Positions 1-13,319 of a stretch of DNA of 64,000 bases are shown here, piece after piece. Within the stretch, counting starts at the first letter, position 1. Each line of letters begins with the position of its first letter. The notes beneath the pieces are model-generated. The model was not told the DNA's origin. It was given only the letters and a program-made list of their open reading frames with translations, and did not search any database. Source of the DNA: Ascidiella aspersa (Eukaryota); NCBI GenBank assembly GCA_963924565.1, contig OZ004608.1, forward strand, positions 29,884,001-29,948,000, given 5' to 3'. The position numbers and the translations under genes are program-made.

Positions 1-440
1 TGGGCCGTTTACAAAAATAGCGTCGCCGGCGTCTTGTCGAGGTAAAACTAATGCATATCTGAGTCGCTGCGTCGACAGTTCGCTTTTGCCATGGTTACTT
101 TCAGCTGTTTATTGCTGCCAACCTTAAACTTGTATGTGCATGTGGACTGGTAGACTAGGACTTGTAGATGTAAACATGGAATAGCTGAGTTGCTGGAGAG
201 GGACGTTGTGCGAGCAAGGTCAAAGCGTTAAGAAAGCATACTCTTTAGTTTTGTCAGGAGCCAAGAGTCCTGGTTTAGAAGGGAAATGTTAAAAGCAATG
301 ATAAGCTAAATTTTTAGAAACAAGGTGTCTTCTCTCCCTTGCAAGTGAAGCTTTGGGTTTTTCTTTTAAAATAAAATACAGTCATTTTATAAAATACAAC
401 GGGAAATATATTTCGCAAAATGCATCCTTTGTCTCTACAG

Positions 441-694
441 CTGCGTTTCTTAACCTTTTTAGTTCGTGGCGGTGCATCTGGCGAGCGCGAATATTTTGCG
501 GTATTTCCCTTTAATTGCTTGTAATTTGTTTTTCATTGGTTGCATAGTTGCAGTTCTAGAAAGTATTCTGTTGGTTCAATGCCCTAAGACGAAAAAAATA
601 TCTATCTCTTATATAAATGAGAAATTTTTTATATTTTAAAATCATTTTCCTTGTGCCTGGCAGCCTTGCATGGCGCACCGGTTAAAAATGGCTG
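441..694. mobile_element. Degenerate non-autonomous hAT (Charlie/Buster-like) element
   Basis: Ends ctgcgtttcttaacc / ggttaaaaatggctg; flanks ctctacag / ctctagac (imperfect 8-bp TSD). Confidence 0.55.
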
Positions 695-2449
695 CTCTAG
701 ACTAGAGACCAGGCAACATGCTTTTTTTTTTCATTTCAAGTTTCGCAAGCTGTTTTTCGGTTTCGACAAAGACTTAAACTGGCGCTGCCCTGAATTCGGT
801 TTCGCAGCTTGTTTTACCGGTTTTCTGCTCAGAATAAAATTGCCGGCGCCTTCGCAAAATCGAATGTGACGCGTGTCGCCGGTATTCCAGCGAATGCATT
901 GCTGGCGATTAATAACTCTCTCGAGGTTATTCCTGTAATCAGGCGAGCTGTCAAGTGATGCTGTTTGGAAATTTAAACCTGGTCTGTAAACCAGCCAATC
1001 GCATTCGAAACGTATGTCTCCCCGCCGTCTCTTGAGACACAACCGTGGATCTAAAAGCTTGTCAAAACGACTAGTGTTTTGCGACTTAGGTAAACGACTT
1101 GGCTGAAATGCACCTAAAATACTTTTTTCAAAAAAAAAGACCCGTCTTGACTCATAATTGCAAATAAAGTACATCTTTTTGTAAGTTTCTGCGTGAATAA
1201 TTCAAATTAATTCACTTTTTAAATTAGCTATACTCGGTTATAGATCTCAATTTTGTACACATAAAACGGTTTGGTTTTTTTAATTTATTTTTAATCTGAC
1301 TCGTAATCGTATGCATCTTCTTACTTGGGTGGTTTGCATTAATTTTCTTATGGAAATAACTTCATATGCTGTGCTTGACTTGTTTTATGAGTGATTTAGG
1401 CTAAAGGACTTTACTCCGTAACTGGAGACTCAACTTATTGTTTAATTTAGTTGGAACTGATGACTTGGCTATATGTTCGAAATTCTTTTCAGTGAATATG
1501 TTTCTGTTGATCGAAAATGTCATGGTGGCTGTATCGCGCTCCTGACAACGATACCTATTTATTTATATAGGCCGTGCCGCTTTATATAATCACCACAAGA
1601 TCTGAAACGCATCGGTAAGTCTTGCAAAGCGATAAAAAACGACGAATGTCAGATGTATACCGATACGTTTTTCGACGGCGGCGAAAACGTTTCTTCGAAA
1701 ATTTGCTGATCACCCAAAACGCGGTAGGAGAGAGGCGCGCGTTCCGTTTTCTTGCTTTTTGTTTACGCCGCGTGCATTTTTTGACGTCTGTGCTATTTTC
1801 GAGCGTCGGCAGCAGCTACTGCAAGCGCCTGTGCCTTCTTGCCCTTGGCGTTTCAAAGCGCCTTGATTGTTTGCCCGTTTCTGCTTGGCTAATTCGGCAG
1901 CGCGCAATATTTTATGGCCGTGGCCTTCTACGGCCATTTCTCGGCACCTTGGAGCGGCGCCCAACCCCTGTTGACCCGATTGCTGCTTTTTTGGCAATCA
2001 AACTCGCAAATTTGTTTTATTTAAACCGGGGAATTTCAAACTTGCAAGTCTGCGACCCCTTGTCATTTTTCCAAAAAAACTTTTCGCAAACTTTCATGTT
2101 TGACAGTGATGATCAAAATATTTTAGTTAACTGCTTTGCTGCGCGCAGTTGTTAAGGTAGCCTAATGTGCAATTCAGCTTGGGACCGTGTTTTACTAGTT
2201 TTTAAATTTGCCTATCGAAAGAAAAAGTGCAATTTCTATAGATGTAAGTTTGTACTACGTCGTGGGAAAATTAAATGTGAGCCTATTGGCGAACCGCGAA
2301 ACTTGTTGCATTAGTTTTGGACCCTGCTGTTAACAATGGGTCGGCACCTGGTGTTTTAAACGATAAATTTTTTCAAATATGCCACAGGAACAAAAAATCT
2401 CCTCCGTCATTTCGGCGTTTCAACTTTTAAACTGTGGTAATTGGCATCT

Positions 2450-3066
2450 AACAGAACTGCGACCCGCACTCCCGTTCAGATCTGGACGTCTGGGTAACTG
2501 TATCCGCTGCCGAAACGGCGACTCCTCAGGCCGACGCTTGTCGTGGCAGCCCGTTTGTCTATTTGTTGGCGGTCGGCCAGATCACGTAGCGGTCTGCGAG
2601 TAGACAGCGTCGCCAGCCAGCCAGCCAAGCAGTCAGCAAGCCTTCAAGCCAGCCAAGCGCGCCCAGACCTAGCAGCCGTGGGCTGTGGGCAGTCTTGCGT
2701 TGCATCCCGACCTTGACCCTCAGACAGTTCCAGTCGTTCGCCCTGCTGCTGGCTATTGGCTACTCTCGGGTATTGCGCCTTTCTTCTTTTTTTTCAGTTC
2801 TCTCGATCTCTCTCTCTTTTTCTCTCTCGCTCTCTCGTCCAAAAATCTGGAAGAGGTTTGAGCTTCTTTGTGTTGTAGCGATGTTAAACCGCCCGCGACG
2901 ACGCGCGTTTTTCCGTCACCCCTCTGTTGACTCGTGCCGTCAATCGTCGCCCTTCGCAAAGCAAACAGAAAAGGACGACGGCCGCGTGTTGATCGCCGGA
3001 CCCTCCCTCTCTCTTCTCGTTTTCTCTCCATTTTTGTAAAGTTTTCAGTAGCAGTCTGTATAGGCA
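2450..3066 (+). promoter_or_regulatory. Candidate distal promoter / 5' UTR with NFI palindrome TTGGC-N5-GCCAG
   Basis: CpG-rich island; TTGGCggtcgGCCAG at 2566-2580; GCCA(G/A) repeats at about 2611-2660; CT tracts at about 2780-2840 and 3001-3030. Confidence 0.5.
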
Positions 3067-3111
3067 ATGAGAAACCCTTTCGATCAAAATTTCCCTGATA
3101 TGTTTGAAATG
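3067..3111 (+). CDS. Candidate coding end of a distal alternative first exon of NFI (MRNPFDQNFPDMFEM)
   Basis: Three in-frame ATGs (3067, 3100, 3109) ending at a strong phase-0 donor ATG|GTAAGG (GT 3112). It is preceded by a CT-rich, UTR-like GC island. Phase fits a splice to the AG at 30690-30691, giving ...M-DEFHPF. Confidence 0.5.
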
Positions 3112-5133
3112 GTAAGGTTAAGGGAGGCTTGAAATTCAAAAAAAAGAGTGTCACTTTTACACTTTTAGCGTTCAGCCCATAAATTGCCTAATTTTTATAA
3201 ATAAACTGTCCTAGAAACATAAACGTACATACCGTAGGTCATAAGCACCACACGTCTATGAAATATATGTACATGAACACACACGTACTCTTGCCGTAGA
3301 CACACACAAATGTGTCATACCCTGAAGAAGGTACGTATAATCGCATAATTAGCTGATTTACATGGCCTTCACCATTCGCCTTTTGGTCCTTAAGTATATA
3401 AAAGTAAAACAATCTGGACAAAAACAACATGTGTCCAAAAAATTTATTTTCGGGCGACATAATTCCCTAAGAAAGCTGATCCATACGGCGAAATATTGCA
3501 GGAAAGCCACGGTTATTAATTGCCAAAAAATGCCCAGCAGGCAGGCCAAGTTTGGAGTGGCCTTGTACACAAGGACGGAACGGGCATAATCCCGTAAGTT
3601 CCACTTGTGCTAAACAAACTTTCGGGGATCATGGGCTTAGCGATTTATCGAACATCCACAAGGACCGCCACGCTTTTGTTGAATTACGCCGGAATGACCC
3701 CCTCGAAAACGCAAAGCCGATAATTATGTAATCAGACGAGCTGCCGACTATATACCGTTGGCAAATTCGCGCTGGTCAGCAGACAATGCAGTTCGAGGTT
3801 TAGGGTTGTATGCCAAGTATTTTCGGTCATTTTGAACTTGTGCGAAATTCTGATGTTATATAGACATATGAAGATGACTTATCGCTGGGATTTGTTTACA
3901 AGCAATAACTTTTAGGTGGTGTGTATTGAGCATGGTGGTCGTATATATGCTAATATTGTAATAGTGATAATAATTTATTATCGCCGAAAGAATACTTTTT
4001 CTTTTAAGCAATTTTAGCGTGTTGGTAAAAAAAATACATAAGGCGATGGTAAGCTCAAGTCATTATGGCCTTGAAGGGAAAAGTTAAATGCAGAGTGTAG
4101 TTTTGCTACTGAAACTTTTCAAGATCAAGATCAAATTTTACTTAAATAAACGAAAACAAGGCATAGTTAAAAAAAAGATGATCAGTTCATATTTGAAATA
4201 AATCGCTCGGTTGTAATGCGCAGCCTTTTGCTTCGCGAGTTTAACTAAATGGGATTTAAACAACAAGGGAGCATTTAATTTAAATCTGCGGAATCAGAAC
4301 AGGTCCGGAAATAAGGGCTCTTGACTGGATTATCCCGCTCATTGGCCCGACTGAACGACTTAAAGCCGCTCGCATTGGTGCTTGGATATTTCAATCTACG
4401 CTTTTTGGTTATTTCGAAGTTTAAGGAGCTAGCGCGCGATGTCATTTATCAGTATATATTAGCGCGATTAGCTCATAATTACATCGAAATTTGGCGCACA
4501 AGGGCGCGCGAACGCCGGGTGTGCGGGTATGGCGTTCAGGCAGAACCGCTCGATCGCTGCCAAAAGCGCAATCGCAACTACCCAAACCCTGCTGTGGGCC
4601 CTTGAACACTTTCAAAAAACAGTCGAGAAGCGTTTAGGGGGGGCTTGACTGGCCTTCGTCCGGGTCTGCGCAGAACGCGGTGCTTCCGAGGGCCCTCATT
4701 TAGTTCGAGTTAGGTGCGGCCCATTGACGGAACGGAGTTTACGTGGCCTCGGCGTATTGCGAAAGCGCCGGATCCTGTTCAAAGGACAGCGCGGGAATTT
4801 CCGCGTATGAGTTTTTTCTGCACAGCGCTATATATACACTTCACAGTTGGCCGAGCGCTTGACAGACACAGGAAGTGCGCCAGAAAAAAAACTTGGCCTG
4901 AGTCCGAGGCAGTTATAATGGCGCGCGTGCGCACGGCTTTTTCTATATTGGGATCAGACGAGGGCGCTTTGGCGATAGATTGGATCTAAGTTGAAGTAGC
5001 GGCAGGCAAACTCGCGAGGTATTCTTCGAGTGGCGTGCGCCGAAACCTTGCCGTTGGCCGTGATGTAATGCACAAAATTGCGTCGCAAGTTGAAAATAAA
5101 ATTCTCGCTATTTTACTAAAGTCACTCTTGTGC

Positions 5134-5493
5134 TAGGAAGTTCGATACTTGGCATTTGATTCCGATACCCGATACTTTCTACAAAAGGTACGGTCTTGCA
5201 ATCCGATATAACATGATATCGTTTTAGTGTATAAATAGTAAAATTTATGAAATGACCAAACGTGCCAAAATAATGTTTTCAGGTTGTCCATAGCCAAAAT
5301 TTCTGTACGCGATAAAAGTCGAGTTAGTTGTTAAAAAAATGTTTTTTCGGGTTTAAAACGTTATATAGAATTGCAAACGATGCCTAAAATGCACAAATCA
5401 ATTAGATATTCAGCACAATCCTATAGTTTCGGACGAATACCGATACCACCGCTTAGGCTTTCTTTTTCGATCCGATATTTTTGGACATCCCTG
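5134..5493 (+). mobile_element. MITE-like element with CCGATAC subterminal repeats
   Basis: Repeated ccgatac motifs at both ends and terminus ggacatccctg; homologous in reverse orientation to about 34504-35340. Confidence 0.6.
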
Positions 5494-6527
5494 GTTTGAA
5501 GTTACGTAATGCCCGGCGTTAAGAAACGATCGTTTTTTTTCTACTTTCGACTGGCGTTTGACACCCGACACCGACATCTTGTCTACGCCAACAAAATACC
5601 AACTTGAGAAAATCCGTTTTAGTGTGCGTGCCACCTAGAGCACCGAACAATTGTAACCGTTTCAGCTTATGCATTCCGCTTTTAGACACACATGGTGTCG
5701 AACTTGTCGTTTCAAGAGGGTGCTGACCTTGTTTCTTGCCGCAAAAACAACAACCTCTAGCCCTTGACCATACACTCATACAGGCAGGCTGCGCCGCGTA
5801 TGGCTTTACGCGAAAATCCTCTTCGCCGATTTTACAAGCGCGACCCTATCCGGTCGCGGCTGTCCATTTGGGTTGGCGCTAAATTGAAAATAAGGTATGT
5901 ATTGAGCAGTTTCAACAGGCCGAAGCCGCTTGTACCAACATGAGTGGCGGCGGTCGTCACCAAAAGCGAAAGCGACAGTTTGTTGTCTTGCTCGCACGAT
6001 GGCATTTCCGCCCTGACCTATTTGTGAAAAGCGGCAACTGTGTCTCTTGAAGGCAATCCGCTCAACGCCCGAATGTGTGCCCCCCACGCTGTCGCTATTC
6101 CTATCTTGCGATCTACTCCCGGCATTGTCGTTTTGAACAGCCGTCTGACCTAGATTCTAGCCGCGGTAAGACATCCCACGCGTTGGATTCCCATGCATTG
6201 TAGGAATTATTTTGTCGTAACATATTTTGATATTACGTTGTGATATATATCTCTGTAATAATTTTTGTGTTTATTCGTAATTCAAATTTACCTTTGGAGC
6301 ATAATGGTTGTAGGTTGTAGTAAGACGTAAAAGAATATCAAAGCCCATAGAGAAGTAGGTGTCACTTTGAACGTTTCGAATAACTCTTTATTCATTTTTA
6401 ACATAGAGAGAAGGCACTGATTATAAGCATTGACCTAGTTTTTTTAAAACTCATTATAAATTGCTGTTTTATCTTTGATAATTTACTTTCATTGTGTAAA
6501 TTAATTTTAAAGTTGCGGCTAAGTATT

Positions 6528-6865
6528 CGTATACGATGTCATTTAACCGCTAACTGAGGTAATTCGCAGTCGTGTGGTTTCGAAACCGCAAATGTACCAC
6601 ATTAAAAAAGCTGCTTTATTTTTTGGTGACTACCATTTTAGTGGGATAAGGGTTATATTCTGCTTACTGCATACTCAAGTACCAAGTGTTGCAACGTATA
6701 CGATGACATTTATCCACAAGCTGAGTTAAATCGTTAGGGGTAATGTGTTTTTAAAAACCACAATCGTACCGGGTTAAAAATTTAGCTTAATATTCGGCGA
6801 ATATGTTTAATTAGTTTAGTGGGGGTAAGGATAACTTTTTATGCTTGCTGCATACCCAAGTACCT
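6528..6865. repeat. Diverged tandem duplication, ~170-180 bp unit
   Basis: cgtatacgatg.cattta at 6528 and 6695; tgctt.ctgcatac.caagtacc twice. Confidence 0.8.
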
Positions 6866-7317
6866 TTTTTCACTTCCGCCCGGCCTCTGACACGCGGTTG
6901 TTCTGTTGTTTGCGGGACCACACATTCCACTTGAAACGGCATTGCGCTCGCTTATACAGTACAGTAAGTACACAATAGTTGCCACCATACACTAAGTTGC
7001 TTTGTGCGGCCAAGAAACCCGACCCACTCAATTAGCATCCGCCCGGTGTCGAGTAGGCCGACCCGGCGCCGAAGCAGCCATACGTGACCGTGACCTTGAC
7101 CTGTGACCCGGCGTTTCCTCGCACGACGTTCAATATATCGTGGCTTTGCGTTTTTGCGAAATTTGGATTTTGGCCGCCCGGTATTTTGGCTTTGCGCATA
7201 AATCGGCTTAACCACGGCGTTTTGGGTCGATTTCCTCGACAGGGTACAGAGGGTGTGTCTGTGGTTGTCACACACACTTGCGTAAAGCCTATACAGAGAT
7301 CCAGCAATACGCTATAG

Positions 7318-7637
7318 CAGGGGGTTCTTAAACTGGGGTCCATGGACCCCTTTGGCATGCGTGAATTCGTTTTAGAGGGTCCATGACGGCCTAGTTAAAA
7401 TATTAGTATATATTTAAAAATTAATCAAATTGTCAACGAACATAGTTTATTTAAAAATAAAACCTTTTCGCACTGAATGCATCAAGACTCCATTACACTT
7501 TCACATTTTTTTGCATTAGAAACAGCGGATTTTTAAAGTCCATTTGTATTGTGACGTAAATGTATGACGCCATCTCTAAAAATCTCCTTCGACACTGGTC
7601 TATGCGAAGCAAAAAAAAAAAAGTTCAACAACCCCTG
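7318..7637. mobile_element. Non-autonomous hAT (Charlie/Buster-like) element
   Basis: TIRs cagggggttcttaaact / agttcaacaacccctg; 8-bp TSD cgctatag / agctatag (7/8); internal similarity to 49556-49912. Confidence 0.8.
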
Positions 7638-7781
7638 AGCTATAGTCTGTAAGCTCACAAAGGACACAAATGATAAGTTTTATGGGCTTATGGAATCCAA
7701 ATCCATGGCGGTAGGTTTCTGCTTGTCGATCACTGTTCCTCTGACGCGTATATAAAAAATAAAACTCAAAGTTAGAAAATC

Positions 7782-7898
7782 CGAGTAAAACCAGGATGAA
7801 GGATTTTTAAAGGAATATATACTTCGACTATGCTGGCATCCTCAGTTCCTAAAGTAATATATATTCCTTCAAAAAACGTCGGATCCTGGTTTTACTCG
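7782..7898. repeat. Foldback (imperfect palindrome), probable MITE remnant
   Basis: cgagtaaaaccaggat pairs with atcctggttttactcg; inner aaggaatatata pairs with tatatattcctt. Confidence 0.8.
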
Positions 7899-10419
7899 TT
7901 TTTTTTATATTGTGCAACTCACGAGTAAATTTTTGACAGTTTAACATTTATGCATCTCAAGTCTAAAAGAATGCAATAAATTTATGGGTAAGACTTTGTG
8001 TAACATTGTTATAATCCTATTCGATTCGTTTCTAAAGCTTGTTGTGCGACCACCTACATGGTCACTTCACCACTAGTTTTCAAAGCCCTTTTGCACTGTA
8101 GACTGAAGTTTGTTTGCCGACAAAGCATAGAATGCATACATGGCAATATATAATGTGAAGGTGTTTGTACTAGCAGAATGTAGCAAGCATTGGCGTCTTG
8201 GTTGTTTCTGGACTCTCGCGCCTATGTAGCACAGTTGGAAGAGCAACGATCCCGCTATGACCAAAAGGTCGTGAGTTTTAACCTCACCGAATATATGTTT
8301 TTCTAGATTGAGGGCTTGCATCATTAACCGACAGATTCGGTTAGTATGCTATAGCTTCCGGTTTACTACGATACGAATGCCGTTATTGTTGCCAAAAAGT
8401 GACTCCAGAAGGGCTAGATCACAGTTGTTGTACAATGTACACACATGTGGGTAACTTTCATTACATGGCAACATGTTGCAATTTAAACATACAACATAAT
8501 ATAGTAACGAAGTGTGTTACCCGCTACTCGTTAAAGTCAAATGTAAAACACAAAATTCTTCAATTTCTCACAATATTAATCGTTAAAGTTGGAAACTCAA
8601 AATGACACTTATCAAAATGTAATTTTAAAATACGGCTCACGAAAGGAATTTCGATACACGCCGACCGTAAAAAGTCTCATTCACAGCGACCAAAACGATA
8701 TTTTCCGCTCTCGTAAATGTCTCTGGGTCGCGCCGCGGGATAGAATTTCCGTCCTTAACCACCCTTGTAGTCGGCAACTAAAATAACTTTGTTGCCGCGA
8801 GGACGATGACGCGGTTGTCTATGAAGACCTCGCTCGCTCACAAACCAGGCGTGCGGTTTTTTCATTAAAATCGAGTTACAGTGTATAGAAAAAGGATAAA
8901 GGGAAATAATGGAGGACAGTTATTCGTACCGTATGCCTATGCCTTTTTAGGGTATAGGGGTCATTTAAACTGCAGATTGGTATCATGACCATAATATAAA
9001 AAAAATCCATTTTTCTCTTCGATAGGAATCCTAGCTTATGCATTCGGTTCCATGTTTGCTAGGCGTTTCGCCATTTAAAGTTTAAGTTATTTGGTTTGAA
9101 TGTATTTACTGCATATCGGTAACAACGCTGTTCGATATAGTGGAAAAATCTTCCGTTTGCCATTTTTATTGGGATGCAAAATCACACTTTAAACAAAGGC
9201 ACGGTTAAGGTTGCTGTAAATCTAGATTAAGCTTGTTGAATTTAGGGATCTTAGACCAACTTAATCGCTTTAAACACTCTCAAGCAGCACGGAAAATTAG
9301 GAGTTTTATTGCCTGGCACTCCATGACTGTGCTTCTATATATGTTCGATAGGGTTCTTTAGCAATTATAAAGACTACTAAAATGGGAGCAGATGCCTTAT
9401 ATTTCGTAATGGAATACAGGATCGCATTTAACCAGTGGCAAAATGTCCTAAAACGGTGCTTTATATACATCGAGAAGCCTGCATTCTCACCCGCTCGCAT
9501 ATTGCTTGCGTTTTGATGCCAATTAAGTTGGAAGGCTTTTGTCTGATCTCGGTCATTGCCTTGGAGCGCCCGGCCCATGAAATATGCATGGCACGGTTTG
9601 TACACGCAGGAGCCTTCAAGTTATCGCCGGGCGCTTTTACACGAAAGCCTTGCGCGTACAATATGATGATGTATTGTAAAGGAAAAGGCGTCCAGATCTG
9701 ACCGATTTAGACAAAGCTAGTTAATGCTTTGCAAGATCGCTTTGTTAAAGATATCAGGCTGTAACAATTTTACTTTTTTATTGCCAAATGTCGCACGACG
9801 TTCAATATATCGTGGCTTTGCGTTTGGGGTCGATTTCCTTTTTTATTGCCAAATGTCGATAATTCAATTCGTTAAAGACATTAAGCGTTCCAAAGTCCTA
9901 ATATATATTATCAAGTGCCCACAATTCAACTTATGGAAAAATGAAACATTTCTATGTAACTTGTCTTGGCTTGAGGGCAACCCCTTTACGGCGCCAAGTT
10001 TGGGGTTTAAGAATGTCAAAGGAGGTAACTTATTTCCTTTTAAATTACTTTACATCGCTGAATCTTTCATGAGATTATTTTCACTTCAAGTTGGCCTTAC
10101 GTTTAACGTTGTAATACCAGCAAATGACGCTTATAATCCGCATTAAAACAATGGTAAATATAGTGTTTTGTGTTTTAATTATGCTGTGTCAGTCAACTGC
10201 AATACATAAAGATCGGTAGAAACAGTGTTTTGTAGTTCCTTTCGACTAAATAGATATCTAGAAATGTCGTGTTTTTTGCCATAGATAAAAATATAAACCG
10301 GAATTCTCGAGCTCACCAATCTATAAAGTTCAGGTCATGACGGTTCTTTCGAGATATTGCAAAGCGAAGATGGGAAAAATGTCATTTGTATACACTAAGG
10401 ATGTTTCGCATGATTTTGC

Positions 10420-11080
10420 CCAATTTCGCAGCGCGCAGAAACCTGCGGTGCGTGCATTTTCGAATACGCTGAAAATGGCGACGCTCAAAGGAACCCTAAA
10501 CCCGCCCCCCAACAGAGACCCCGCCCCTATTTGGTCGTCCACCTTTCCAGAGGGGATCAAGGATGTATTGCCCTTCTCTCGAACGACTGGCCTACTGCCA
10601 GAACGCGCCCAGAAGCAGTTCGCTTGCATTGTTTCCGGCCGAGGCTAGGTGCCTAATGTGGCACCGGGAACGCTTCGGGGCGATCGCTTCCTCTTCTGGG
10701 TTAAATATAGCCCCATGCTCTTGCCGTTTGCGGGCCGCGGGACTCTTGCCAGAACTTCCTCCTCAGTACACATGTTTATTGCTTGCACTTGGTTGCCGCG
10801 ACGAGCCTGATCCGATTTGGAACGCGGCTCGGCGTTTCTCTTTCTTCCTTTGTTCGCCTTTTTTCTTCTCTCTGTTTTAAACAGGTTCAAGTCGCTCTCT
10901 CTCGCTCTCCGAAGGAAGCGAACAGGAAATCAAGGTGCCGTTCTTGCTTTTCGCCATTCCTTGCAGGACTTGGTATTTTTAGGAGCCGAGGAGTGTATTT
11001 TTAGAAGCGGGGTGCAATAAGGACCGGGTATTTCTGTCTGACTTTGGTTATGTGTGCGTGTCCGTCCCCGGGATTCAGGT
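10420..11080 (+). promoter_or_regulatory. Promoter-like CpG island (GC boxes, YY1-like motif), possible non-coding exon 10885-11078
   Basis: CCCGCCCC at about 10501 and 10520, AAAATGGCG at 10472-10480, long pyrimidine tract ending acAG at 10884, donor CAG|GTACTG at 11079. Confidence 0.35.
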
Positions 11081-13319
11081 ACTGACTGGCATTTTGAGTG
11101 TTGCCTATTGTTTTGTCGCAGCATGTAATCGACGGTAGCTATAAAAAAACCTTGTCTATATACGGAAAAGCTACATGATTCGCATACTGCGGCAATAGCG
11201 CGCAGGCTGTATTTATTAGTGCTCTTTCAAAAACTGATCCAGCAATCAACTCGCTCGCGCATGACTCATAAAGCAATCGCGGCGCATTTGCACTTCCGCG
11301 CGATTCGGACAAGTTGAAATCGATAGCAACTCCCCGAAATGGCAGCGGAATGCGACAATCGTGCGCGAATTCCATGTTCGGACACCCATTCCCTTGTTTC
11401 CTGGTTTCGACCGCTTTCAGTCGACTCTTAAGGGCAGAGAACTCGTCTGATCCTGCCTAATCATTTTTCAAGCTTATTGGGATTGGAAGGTATTTTCAGA
11501 CTTTGATGTCGGCGTTGGGCCTACCGGGTGAGGTTTTCTGTTTGGGTAAACCCACACTGTAAATTGGAGTCCTGTTTTTGGGTTTGTCAAAGCGTGGGTA
11601 TTTCTACCCTTCAACTGATGTTGAACAAAAACACCGACAACCTTAGGATTGAATTTGCCATGCTTCGTGTTTTATTTAAACCCATCAAGCTGAGTAGATG
11701 ATGATTATTCCATGATGCACCAAATTAAAAAACCCTAGGATGGAAATTAACATGTTTTTGCAAAAGGGGATGCTAGAAGTTTATGGAGATTCCGTGTTAA
11801 AATGTGAGCGCTGGTCTAGAATTCAACCACTTTTTTACAGTAACGAAACGAGTTGGCAAAATTGAAATTGCAAGGACGAAATAAATGTTGTAGAATAAAT
11901 ACGTCAGTTATATTCAATGCAGCGGCTACCCTTGCTCTTTGGCAACGACAAATGAATTAACTAAGAAATAAGGAAGTTGACAATAAACTAAAAAAAATTA
12001 TCAATTAGCGAAGCATCACATTACGGACACTAGAATATAAAGAATCGATAGGCTACTATAGTCTAGCTTCGAATTAGCGGTGAATCTGAACTGGGAAAGT
12101 AGGCTATACCAATACCTACAGCTAGCACAATTTTACTGTCCCGTCAACTGATGTGGATATTTAGATTGATAGTTCATTACCCCCTAAAATGTGGAAATTT
12201 GCCCCCTGGGGTAAATTTACCCCAGGTTAAGAAAGGCTGTTCTAGACCAACATAAATGTGAGATTCTATTATTGACGTATTTCTATTTTAAATTAAGCGC
12301 AGTTGTATTTCAAGCGGCGATTGCGAACTAAAACAACTATTTAATTAAACGTTTTTTTCACACATCTATACTAATTTGTTTATGACGCTGAAAACACATT
12401 AGCGCTCAGGTTATGGCTTAATAGCGGTTGAGGAAACATTGGTATCCGGGACATGAAAAGTGCATTATGCTCCCAAGCGATTCCCGAGAGATTGGCTGAA
12501 ATATGTCACCTTGATCGTTACAAGTAATTATCCTGTAAGCCCCTTAACTTGTTGCCACTGAGGGCAGGTTGAACGCTGTCCTCCAATCAAGTACTTTGAC
12601 TATAAGGCACTTCGGGTTATTTTCAACAGGACGTCGGCTATTTTTAGAAAGCGCTTTGATTATTCAGGCGTACAATGCAAACAGCGACGCAATCGCTTTG
12701 GCAAAGGACAAATTACCTCATGTTTAAACCCATCGCTAATATTTCTTTCAAAAAAATAATTTATACACCCTTGATTATTTTTTTTAGGGAATGTACATTT
12801 TCAGTAACTTATGCTATTAAAAGTGTTAAGCGGTTTTATTAATTCGGGCCTCATTTTATATTAAAGGGGTGAAAGGAACGAGATAAAGCAGAATGTAATA
12901 TTCCGTAGGCAAACAAGTAGATTTTCAAAACTTCCATTTATGTATGTCATTCCAATTATTCAGGTACGGGGAAATGTCAATGAACAGACCCGTGTTTTTT
13001 GTTCTTTTTTTTTGTTTTTTGTTTTTTGAGCTTTTTTTGTATATATAATTTGTTGTTGACATAATATAACATGTACAAAGGCGGTCGGTCCGGTTTGGCT
13101 TTAACTGCGTTTCCAAATAAGTTCGGTATCTGGGAGAAATACGTCGACGTGGCCCATATTAAGAAAATTAGAATTTTGTCATAATATTTGTCTTATGTTT
13201 GGTTTACTTATAAAAGTTTAGCGTATAGACTTTGGTCGCCAGATCTTCGCTGTCATATTTACGCCAAGCATTCATGTCCCGGCGGCAAAAAGGTGGCCGA
13301 ACGTATACATGGCCTTACA

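Noticed and set aside
85-98. X-box-like (RFX) motif tttgccatggttac
   Set aside because: A single imperfect match at the window edge with no context to support it.
1622-2155. 177-aa ORF and the many other 60-150 aa ORFs in the track
   Set aside because: Often non-ATG starts, no domains, no codon bias; they track GC islands where stop codons are rare.
12200-12246. Isolated hAT-like ends (also about 48165, 58650, 61025) and a degenerate element at about 40165-40475
   Set aside because: A partner terminus or TSD could not be identified, so boundaries cannot be supported.
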